A stretch of 64,000 bases of DNA, from positions 1 to 64,000 of IMG/VR virus record IMGVR_UViG_3300045988_017048; one strand, given 5' to 3'. Both the position numbers and the translations under genes were made by a program. Below are positions 45,168 to 52,223 of this stretch, piece after piece (the stretch's first letter is position 1; the number at the start of each line of letters is the position of its first letter). The stretch comes from a virus. The notes under the pieces were generated by a model. That model made no database searches. It worked only from the letters and a program-made list of their open reading frames with translations, and had not been told where the DNA came from.

Positions 45168-45548
45168 TGGAGCATAGGGGAGTCGAACCCCTGTCTTACC
45201 AATCTTTAATAAAAGAATTACACATGCTTACTACTTTTTAATGTGGTTAGTTACCCACTGGGCTGACTGGATTTACAGCATTTCCACCACCTTATTTTAT
45301 TGTCCATAAACAAGGAAAAAGTTGAGTTACCTTCTGTGAGACCACAGCCTATTAATGCTCTTAAAGTCGGACCCTCAGCCTTAGTCTTCATTCAGGCTTT
45401 GCACCTTTCTGTTTCCAAGTAAGTGCTACTCAGCCTATTTAGGCAGCAACTCTATAAGAAGTATTGCCAGTTATTGTTTTGATGTCTTTCCATCAGTCTT
45501 TGCATGTTCTCTTACCAAATAATTAGCAATCAAAACCAAAAATGCCCC
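45168..45548 (-). ncRNA. ssrA: tmRNA (transfer-messenger RNA)
   Basis: 5' GGGGCAU pairs with 3' AUGCUCC, including a G3:U70 pair, with discriminator A. T arm AGGGG-UUCGACU-CCCCU. UAAGCAUGU box near the 3' domain. Internal tag frame GGC AAU ACU UCU UAU AGA GUU GCU GCC UAA (45468-45439), giving (A)GNTSYRVAA. 381 nt. Confidence 0.8.
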
Positions 45549-45766
45549 TAATAAATGGATTCATTTTCTATTGAAAGAATGTCCTAACAAAGTCAAATAT
45601 TGTTTCTTCTTGAAACATCATTATTAAAGTCACTTAGCTTCCTCTTTATATCCCCACATTGAAGCAGTTGCATTTATTAAGTGGTGATAGCTTACCTATC
45701 AGCATCACATTTTGCTTTTCTTCAGGTTCCATGCTTAGTAGAAATAGTGAGCTAAATCCACCATTG

Positions 45767-45838
45767 TATCTCCACTGAGACTCGAACTCAGATATATAGT
45801 TTAGAAGACTATTGTTCTATCCCTTGAACTATGGAGAC
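45767..45838 (-). tRNA. tRNA-Arg (anticodon TCT)
   Basis: Acceptor GTCTCCA/TGGAGAT; anticodon arm ATAGT-CTTCTAA-ACTAT; T arm CTGAG-TTCGAGT-CTCAG. Confidence 0.8.
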
Positions 45839-45956
45839 ATTATAAAAGAAGACCTATATTCACATACCAGCCTCCTGTAGCAATATTACTATTGCCTGAA
45901 CTAAAAATCCTTTGCTTAAAAACAATCAAATTGCCTTATATGAGTAAATACCTTAG

Positions 45957-46030
45957 TACTCCCTATTGGGCTTGAACCAATGACCTATGGTTTAGGAAAC
46001 CATTGCTCTATCCAACTGAGCTAAGGGAGC
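45957..46030 (-). tRNA. tRNA-Arg (anticodon CCT)
   Basis: Acceptor GCTCCCT/AGGGAGT; D arm GCTC-AGTTGGATA-GAGC; anticodon arm ATGGT-TTCCTAA-ACCAT; T arm ATTGG-TTCAAGC-CCAAT. Confidence 0.8.
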
Positions 46031-46082
46031 AAATACTTCCACCATAGACAGTAGAAGTAAACTACACATGCTTATGCCATAA

Positions 46083-46475
46083 CTATTCCTCTACTTTCAT
46101 ACCGAAGGGTGTGCCATCAGTGAAAGTAAATTTTTCAAATACTTGTGCTAACTTCCACCAACTTCCATTGATAGATATTGGAAGGTCGTTGGCATCTTCT
46201 GAACCATCAAATACGTCAATCATTTTTGACCTTTCTGTATTTGTACTAATTATCCATCCGAATGGCTGATGTTTCAGCATCTCTTGCCAGCACTCTTCTG
46301 CATCCTTGAAAGGTCTGTAGGTAGGCTCTGGCTTGATACGAAACTCTTGTGTTCCATCAAAGAATGCTATAGCCTCAGCTGAATACCATCTTCCATTCTC
46401 CTTATATTGTATTTCTTTTCCTTCGCTAAATGCCTTAATAATAGGCAATAGCTTTGCTGCTTCATCTCTTCTCAT
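46083..46475 (-). CDS. Hypothetical protein (130 aa)
   Basis: ORF. Confidence 0.65.
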   Translation of the reverse strand: MRRDEAAKLLPIIKAFSEGKEIQYKENGRWYSAEAIAFFDGTQEFRIKPEPTYRPFKDAEECWQEMLKHQPFGWIISTNTERSKMIDVFDGSEDANDLPISINGSWWKLAQVFEKFTFTDGTPFGMKVEE

Positions 46476-46480
46476 ACGCT

Positions 46481-46642
46481 TTACTTAAATAATAAAAGCT
46501 TTCCTTTTTCAATGCCTATGGATTTAATTTCTCGATAGTGAGATTCCCTATCCCCATAAGGATTGATAACTACATCCTCTTTTATGCAAACATCCATATC
46601 TGGATTGAGTTGTAGAAACGCTGCTAATTCTTTTGCTTTCAT
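46481..46642 (-). CDS. Small hypothetical protein (53 aa, below the track cutoff)
   Basis: Hand-translated MKAKELAAFLQLNPDMDVCIKEDVVINPYGDRESHYREIKSIGIEKGKLLLFK; fills the gap between flanking genes. Confidence 0.4.
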   Translation of the reverse strand: MKAKELAAFLQLNPDMDVCIKEDVVINPYGDRESHYREIKSIGIEKGKLLLFK

Positions 46643-46647
46643 GTGAT

Positions 46648-46818
46648 TTACTCCTCAACTTTTTTAAATATTATATTTTTACCATCAGAACGGTCTGAAG
46701 CAGAACAATACTCATGACATGCTTCTCCTTCTATTGCAAAGAAACAGTCTTGACAAGAAATACATTCTACTTCAACTACTTCTAAGATAATTCTTTCTCC
46801 AACTTTAAGCTCTTTCAT
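46648..46818 (-). CDS. Small Cys-rich hypothetical protein (56 aa, below the track cutoff)
   Basis: Hand-translated MKELKVGERIILEVVEVECISCQDCFFAIEGEACHEYCSASDRSDGKNIIFKKVEE. Confidence 0.4.
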   Translation of the reverse strand: MKELKVGERIILEVVEVECISCQDCFFAIEGEACHEYCSASDRSDGKNIIFKKVEE

Positions 46819-46830
46819 AACTCTATCTAT

Positions 46831-47139
46831 TTAAACAATTTTAAAAATAAGCACTCTTAAATCCTTCTCAATCCAGTAATCATAATGTGGAAAACTAGAA
46901 GTAATGCAGGAATATTTTTGAAGTGTGGGAAACGGGTTTTCATTGTTATACATTACTGTAATATAGTCTCCTGGTTCAAAGAATTTATCACCTCCACTGC
47001 CAAAAACCTCATCAGCATTCCAAGTATAATCGCTGCTGAATACCATCCAAAATTCTTTGTCAACCTCTTCATTGTTAATTGCCTCCAACAACATTACTAT
47101 TTGGGCTTTATCTATTGGTTGTAATTCTATCATATCCAT
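46831..47139 (-). CDS. Hypothetical protein (102 aa)
   Basis: ORF. Confidence 0.6.
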   Translation of the reverse strand: MDMIELQPIDKAQIVMLLEAINNEEVDKEFWMVFSSDYTWNADEVFGSGGDKFFEPGDYITVMYNNENPFPTLQKYSCITSSFPHYDYWIEKDLRVLIFKIV

Positions 47140-47285
47140 CCAATTAATTTACACATTATTAAATAAATGTTATAAGCATAGCAGTTGGACGGATGATTAT
47201 TACAGAAATCTCCTAAATCACTCATCCAATCCAATACCCACTTTGCATATAACAACAACCACAAGTCTCTTTTCATCCTTTCCAT
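47130..47285 (-). CDS. Possible small ORF (51 aa)
   Basis: Hand-translated MERMKRDLWLLLYAKWVLDWMSDLGDFCNNHPSNCYAYNIYLIMCKLIGWI; overlaps the next ATG by 10 nt; weak support. Confidence 0.25.
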   Translation of the reverse strand: MERMKRDLWLLLYAKWVLDWMSDLGDFCNNHPSNCYAYNIYLIMCKLIGWI

Positions 47286-47487
47286 TCTTTAGTAGTGTCT
47301 ATTAAAGAGAGAGAGAAGTCTCTCATAGGGAATTTATGGTTTACTTCTTGATAGTTATTCAAGCATCTTGCAGGTTGCATATCCCCTTACCTACAATTAA
47401 CATGCACCAAGTTAAATGCTTGGGCTTTTCTAACCATACCAAATCTCGGGAATTTCTGGAATCTCCATAATCATACAATTTAATGTT

Positions 47488-48249
47488 CTAATCAAATAAG
47501 TTTTTCACTCTATCACCAAGAATCTTAGCTGCCTTGATTGCATCTTCTTGATTTCTGAAGTATACAATACCTGCATACTGTACAGTATTGTGCTGATATA
47601 CACCAACACCACTGCAAGTATCAACTACAGGACCACTGCCATTGTTATAATTGCCAAGGAAATATCCTGTATTGCTTGTAGTTTTCTTCCAAGAGCCATT
47701 GAAGAACTTAGCAATGACTGCCAAGTCTACAAGTGTATTATACTTCTCTGCTTCATCAACAGGGACATTGGCACAGAAGCATGTATTGCATACTTTACTG
47801 TTGATGTATTTGAAGTTGAGCTTCAATTCATCCTCAGTATATGCACTCAGTGCTAATGTACGCAATGTGCTATTACCACTATTATACCACTCTATTGCCT
47901 GTTCAAGTGTTACCTTGATGTTTCTTTTCTCTTCCATGTTATTTGTTCTTTGTTTGTCAATGTCAAAATCACTTCCTACCAAGCTACCATTAACCAATCC
48001 AGTAGGCTGGGTAATAACCTGTCCATTTACCTTGGTAATGTAGATGTCTTTCAGTGTTATTCCTTGTTGAACTCTATCAGTATCATAAGTAAACCCTACT
48101 ACCATCATCCCAGTAGTGTATCTTGGGTCTTCTACCATATCATAAAGAGATACAGTATCATAGTTGCACAAGAATTTATATCTCTTATATGAAGCTATTT
48201 GATAGAAAGGTTCTTTTCTGTGTGTGAAAATTACAGTTATTGTTCGCAT
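47488..48249 (-). CDS. Hypothetical protein (253 aa)
   Basis: ORF. Confidence 0.7.
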   Translation of the reverse strand: MRTITVIFTHRKEPFYQIASYKRYKFLCNYDTVSLYDMVEDPRYTTGMMVVGFTYDTDRVQQGITLKDIYITKVNGQVITQPTGLVNGSLVGSDFDIDKQRTNNMEEKRNIKVTLEQAIEWYNSGNSTLRTLALSAYTEDELKLNFKYINSKVCNTCFCANVPVDEAEKYNTLVDLAVIAKFFNGSWKKTTSNTGYFLGNYNNGSGPVVDTCSGVGVYQHNTVQYAGIVYFRNQEDAIKAAKILGDRVKNLFD

Positions 48250-48518
48250 GATTCTTCTCCTATTATTTTGTTAAACCACATGTACAAAGACAATACTTCA
48301 AACTCTTTCTTTGAGATTAGCTTATAGCAACAGAATATCATTACTGCAACAGCTATAAAAGTCTGAAAGAAATATCCATTGTCATAGATGCTATCTACTC
48401 CTCCTACAAAGAGTATAGTTACAAAGCCTGTTGTCCATAACAATATGCCTTTGATTATAAACTTAAATTTGTTCATTTTGTTTAATTGCTTGTTAAGTTG
48501 AAAATAATTCAAGCACAT
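48237..48518 (-). CDS. Small membrane protein (93 aa)
   Basis: Two hydrophobic segments. Confidence 0.55.
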   Translation of the reverse strand: MCLNYFQLNKQLNKMNKFKFIIKGILLWTTGFVTILFVGGVDSIYDNGYFFQTFIAVAVMIFCCYKLISKKEFEVLSLYMWFNKIIGEESCEQ

Positions 48519-48747
48519 CTTCTGTACTAAATTCTACCTTATTCTTATAGTCTATGTTAGACTTACTCATAGATTCACTGCCTTGATTATTCATAATGTT
48601 GCTATGAGCTAAGGTATTATTATGTACAGAGATGTGCTTTATATATTCATCAATGACCAATCCCACACTCTTGTCAAGAAGAGCATGAGATTGGGCAAAG
48701 ATGTATAACTCTCTAATTGTCACTGTTATATCTTTTATGGAATCCAT
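48493..48747 (-). CDS. Hypothetical protein (84 aa)
   Basis: Overlapping ORF in operon. Confidence 0.5.
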   Translation of the reverse strand: MDSIKDITVTIRELYIFAQSHALLDKSVGLVIDEYIKHISVHNNTLAHSNIMNNQGSESMSKSNIDYKNKVEFSTEDVLELFST

Positions 48748-48970
48748 CTAAGAAAGTAGAGTCAAGCTCATATCTAAGATTAAGATAATCAGACATATAA
48801 TCTGAACCATCTTTATCCCAAATCCCATTGTTATCCAGTATATTGTCTGAATAATTTAGGCACTTATCCATCAGTCTTATTGTATCATTCTGTTTGGATA
48901 TTGTTTCACCCATTGCTACTATTATCAGTAATAGAGCAAAAGATAAAAGTGTAATTATTATCTTATACAT
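48713..48970 (-). CDS. Small secreted or membrane-anchored protein (85 aa)
   Basis: N-terminal signal-like segment MYKIIITLLSFALLLIIVAMG. Confidence 0.55.
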   Translation of the reverse strand: MYKIIITLLSFALLLIIVAMGETISKQNDTIRLMDKCLNYSDNILDNNGIWDKDGSDYMSDYLNLRYELDSTFLDGFHKRYNSDN

Positions 48971-48981
48971 TGTTATCTATT

Positions 48982-49257
48982 TTATTGTTCAGTATCTATC
49001 AAATCTTCTATTATTATACAAGGTATCTTGTCTAGATTTAATTGATACTTACATACTTTGAAGCCTGTAATATCTAGGAGTTTTTCTATTTCCTTAAATG
49101 TAGTTAGTGTAATGTAGACTTCTTCATAGAATGATTCACCTAGAAAATATTCTTTGGCTCCAGTATTTCTGACTTTGAAACCTTTTCTTTTTAAGAAGTT
49201 ATATATTTCTACATTGACTCCTAAGGAGTTGCCTCTCTCTAATAATTGAAACTTCAT
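48982..49257 (-). CDS. Hypothetical protein (91 aa)
   Basis: ORF. Confidence 0.55.
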   Translation of the reverse strand: MKFQLLERGNSLGVNVEIYNFLKRKGFKVRNTGAKEYFLGESFYEEVYITLTTFKEIEKLLDITGFKVCKYQLNLDKIPCIIIEDLIDTEQ

Positions 49258-49268
49258 ATATTTAATAA

Positions 49269-49370
49269 CTATTTATTTAATTGTTCGTTGGTACTTTTGG
49301 CATATTCTATCAATAAATATATGAATAGAATGCCAAGAATTTGTGCAAGGATGAATAGGATTATTTCCAT
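49269..49370 (-). CDS. Possible 33-aa single-TM peptide
   Basis: Hand-translated MEIILFILAQILGILFIYLLIEYAKSTNEQLNK; fills a 100-nt gap. Confidence 0.3.
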   Translation of the reverse strand: MEIILFILAQILGILFIYLLIEYAKSTNEQLNK

Positions 49371-49597
49371 ATTATAGTCACCTCCTTTTCAAGTCTTGTT
49401 ACTTCCATTGGTGTAATAGCCATCAAGTTACCAAATACTTTGATATATGCCTGTTTCTTGATAACTATTTCCTTCTTTGTTGTCATTTCCATGAATACTT
49501 TATGATTTCTCTTCAACATATCCATGTGTAATTTCTTTGATTGCTTGTAATTCTTTGAACTACATACTGCATTAGGATTTACTCTGCATCTTGCCAT
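49361..49597 (-). CDS. Hypothetical basic protein (78 aa)
   Basis: ORF. Confidence 0.55.
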   Translation of the reverse strand: MARCRVNPNAVCSSKNYKQSKKLHMDMLKRNHKVFMEMTTKKEIVIKKQAYIKVFGNLMAITPMEVTRLEKEVTIIWK

Positions 49598-49600
49598 AAC

Positions 49601-49792
49601 TTAGTCCATCATTAAGTCCCATAAATATGATTCATACTCACATGCAATTTCACTATAAGTTAGTTTGGCTTCCTCTAAATACTCTGAGAGGAAATTACTT
49701 ACTTGTTGGAAATTGTTAATATCACCACTGAAGGTGACATTAAGCCACTGCTCACAAAAGTGAACAGCAGCTTTCTGTCTGTCTGTAGTCAT
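49601..49792 (-). CDS. Hypothetical protein (63 aa)
   Basis: ORF. Confidence 0.5.
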   Translation of the reverse strand: MTTDRQKAAVHFCEQWLNVTFSGDINNFQQVSNFLSEYLEEAKLTYSEIACEYESYLWDLMMD

Positions 49793-49977
49793 AATCCTAT
49801 TCCTTTGACAAGTTTATATGGTATATATACTGAATCACTAACAGATACTCCATGTTTGTGATACTTTATAGTATCCCACTCTGAGATACAAGCACACATA
49901 CCATTTTTACCTATTATAGTGCAAAAGCCTTTACTATTCTTCAAGACTTTCTTTATTCCTCTAACACTTTTGCTCAT
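49789..49977 (-). CDS. Hypothetical protein (62 aa)
   Basis: ORF, 4-nt overlap with the next gene. Confidence 0.5.
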   Translation of the reverse strand: MSKSVRGIKKVLKNSKGFCTIIGKNGMCACISEWDTIKYHKHGVSVSDSVYIPYKLVKGIGL

Positions 49978-50006
49978 TTGATTGTTTGTTTATGGATTGA
50001 TAAAAG

Positions 50007-50081
50007 GGAGATATGATAGACTCGAACTATCATTATAACTGCAATTATTGAGTTATGTACTAACCATTGTACTAATATCTC
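50007..50081 (-). tRNA. tRNA-like gene with a 10-nt anticodon loop (isotype undetermined)
   Basis: Otherwise canonical cloverleaf: acceptor GAGATAT/ATATCTC, D arm GTAC-aatggtta-GTAC, T arm GATAG-TTCGAGT-CTATC. The anticodon stem TAACT/AGTTA encloses CAATAATTGC (10 nt). Confidence 0.45.
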
Positions 50082-50474
50082 CTAATTCCTAAGTCATAAT
50101 ATTAGTTGCTGTCTTTTACATATCTTAATTCTGACCTAATATATTTAGTTTCAAAACCTTCTTACTCTCTGTGCAATTTTATGTTGATTCTGCTCCTTTC
50201 TATCCTCACTAAGTGTATTGAGTAATTAATAATGTTACTCTCACCACAGTCCTGTAGTAGTATGCTATTCTTTACATCTGCACCCAATTTCAGTAGCACT
50301 CCCAATATTATTGGTACTAATTGAAGACATTTTAACAACAATTAATATGTGTTTGTTCGATTGTTTGCTTGTTAGAGTGTGGTTTGTATTATTCCTGTAA
50401 CAGTAAAAACAGTCATACATTATTGGATGACTATTCTTTGTTGCTAATTGTAATGAGGTAATAATTATGGGGTA

Positions 50475-50508
50475 GTGACATAATGTCACACATCTGACAA
50501 TATGTCAG
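50475..50508. repeat. Two tandem palindromes, TGACA-N3-TGTCA
   Basis: GTGACATAATGTCAC (50475-89) and CTGACAATATGTCAG (50494-508), centres 19 bp apart, in a non-coding region. Confidence 0.6.
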
Positions 50509-50810
50509 TCCATTCTATTAACTCTCAGTAAATCAACAAGTTACATTCAACACAAGACAAGGAAGATAGGATATAAAGTGTATTCCACACTCTATTATCC
50601 TATCCTACTTATCCAATACATTAAACCCCTAAATACTCTACTTACCTCTCTAATCCTCTTGTCAGGAAGAGATATAAATAGGGCACATCTCATCTCACTC
50701 TATACATTAACAGAGTTAAATCCTATTACATATAATATAATGTGTAACATATCTCAGAGTTATACTAAGAGCATACTGATGCCTACTCATATAACTTTTA
50801 CACATAAATA

Positions 50811-50853
50811 CTATTAATGTTTAAAGGATTAAACTCTATTAATGCTTAAAGGA
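50811..50853. repeat. Two direct repeats of 18 nt (1 mismatch), 25-nt period
   Basis: CTATTAATGTTTAAAGGA (50811-28) and CTATTAATGCTTAAAGGA (50836-53). Confidence 0.6.
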
Positions 50854-50888
50854 AATGAAAAGGCAAACAGGCATTCCTGCCTGTTGCC
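50851..50888 (-). terminator. Intrinsic terminator of the 85-aa gene
   Basis: Minus strand hairpin GGCAACAGGCAGG-aat-GCCTGTTTGCC followed by TTTTCATTTCC. Confidence 0.7.
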
Positions 50889-50894
50889 CTCCTG

Positions 50895-51152
50895 TTAGAA
50901 GCTTGCCAATGTGGGTGCACCTCCCTGACCTTCCTCATGAAGAAGCCAGAATGAGCTACCATCTGAGCCTGTGACATTGCTCAGCATAGGATGAGTTGGA
51001 ATACCCTTGACTGCAACTGCTCCTGTCTTAGCACCATAGGTGAAGAACAACTTCCCAGTCTTAGGATTCTTCTTGACATCAATCTTGGTCACATGCATTT
51101 CAGCCTTGAACTGCTCAACAGTCAAGGTGTCATTAAAAACGAGATTTCCCAT
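50895..51152 (-). CDS. Hypothetical protein (85 aa); a stand-alone transcription unit next to the divergence point
   Basis: ORF with its own strong terminator; first leftward gene. Confidence 0.65.
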   Translation of the reverse strand: MGNLVFNDTLTVEQFKAEMHVTKIDVKKNPKTGKLFFTYGAKTGAVAVKGIPTHPMLSNVTGSDGSSFWLLHEEGQGGAPTLASF

Positions 51153-51190
51153 AGTAGTGTAAAATGTTAAATTGTTAATAATGTTAATTT

Positions 51191-51221
51191 TGGCTTACGG
51201 GGGTAGGACCCCCTTGGGCTA
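51191..51221. other. GC-rich extended hairpin within a GC-rich island (51192-51260)
   Basis: GGGGG-tagga-CCCCC core (51199-51213) extended by flanking pairs, followed by the G-rich tract GATGGGGAGGGTGTGGTTGGTG; stands out in an AT-rich genome. Confidence 0.5.
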
Positions 51222-51329
51222 AGTGATGGGGAGGGTGTGGTTGGTGTAACTACCACTCCTAAAAATACAATAGAAAAAAAAAATTAAAAAAAAAATTATT
51301 TTTATGCAATAAATTTTTTATTTATATAT

Positions 51330-51360
51330 TTGCATATATCAAAACTTTTACCTACCTTTG
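51330..51360 (+). promoter_or_regulatory. Bacteroidetes-type promoter, rightward
   Basis: TTGCAT-N17-TACCTTTG; preceded by long A/T tracts. Confidence 0.6.
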
Positions 51361-51657
51361 CATCCTAGTAGAGGCTGTGGTGGAAGAGCCTTTCACCCAT
51401 GAGGTTAAAAAGTAATGGGTCAGAAGTTGGGTTAGTACTCTCACACTTACATAGAGAGGAGGTTGTCCCCAATACTACTAAAATTGCTACTATATAAATT
51501 AGATTGCATGAGCATATCCACCTGAGAAAATGCACAGGGAATCATGCTATAGGGGTATAATCAAGAACTGGTCTAATGAAGTTAGTAGTTAAAAGGAGAT
51601 TAGAAATAACTCTTATGAAGCCATAACAAAGCTTCAGGGACATTACTATATACAAGA

Positions 51658-52059
51658 ATGAAGAAGATTAGTAATTACATTAAGGATTCTATTAAGTGGT
51701 TATGGCAGTTTCCACAGAATATGCTTGCTCTATGTATAGAGGGTATATTGTGTCAAGCTGCATACAGGGAAGGTAAAGCAGATGGTAATATCATTATAAT
51801 GAATATTGTTCTATCTTCAGCTATGTCATTAGGAGATTATCTCTTTGTGAGTCCTATGTCATCACAGGAGTCTATCCAACATGAATGTGGTCATAGTAAG
51901 CAATCTGACATATTAGGTCCACTATATTTGATAGTAATAGGAATACCATCATTACTACATAACATAATACATTATCTGTGTAGTAAGATAGGAATTAAAT
52001 GGAACTACTACAGTTTTTATACTGAATCTTGGGCTAACAAGTTAGTAGGAATTACTTGA
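51658..52059 (+). CDS. Membrane protein with HExxH motif (zincin-like, DUF3267-like)
   Basis: IQHECGHSKQ (HExxH) flanked by hydrophobic segments. Confidence 0.45.
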   Translation: MKKISNYIKDSIKWLWQFPQNMLALCIEGILCQAAYREGKADGNIIIMNIVLSSAMSLGDYLFVSPMSSQESIQHECGHSKQSDILGPLYLIVIGIPSLLHNIIHYLCSKIGIKWNYYSFYTESWANKLVGIT

Positions 52060-52148
52060 AAGAATATAGATAAGACCTAAAACCAAGCCTATTTTACTCC
52101 TTCAAGACGAGAAAATGATACTTGAATTGAAAATAATTGGGGAAAAGC

Positions 52149-52179
52149 TTGTACAATTCAAATATTTTTCTTACCTTTG
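52149..52179 (+). promoter_or_regulatory. Bacteroidetes-type promoter upstream of the tRNA array
   Basis: TTGTAC-N17-TACCTTTG. Confidence 0.6.
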
Positions 52180-52223
52180 CAGTGTGATTAAGGAAAATTG
52201 GTTTTAGGAAATTTCCACATAAG

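Noticed and set aside
45166-45210. First read as the 3' half of a split tRNA (T arm plus acceptor 3' strand), suggesting an intron-interrupted tRNA.
   Set aside because: - The matching 5' acceptor strand (GGGGCAT) lies 380 nt upstream.
- The intervening sequence carries a tag ORF and the UAAGCAUGU box.
- The whole unit is better explained as a tmRNA.
50265-50817. Track ORFs 50265-50489 (minus strand) and 50578-50817 (plus strand) in the 0.8-kb gap.
   Set aside because: - The translations are implausible and low-complexity.
- Neither has a leader or coupling typical of the neighbouring genes.
- They overlap the palindromes and inverted repeats.
- The region is treated as non-coding and regulatory.
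51221-51245. G-rich run GGGGAGGGTGTGGTTGGTG as a G-quadruplex.
   Set aside because: - Only two of the G tracts have three or more G.
- At best it would form a weak two-tetrad structure.
- It is noted as part of the GC-rich island, not called as a separate feature.
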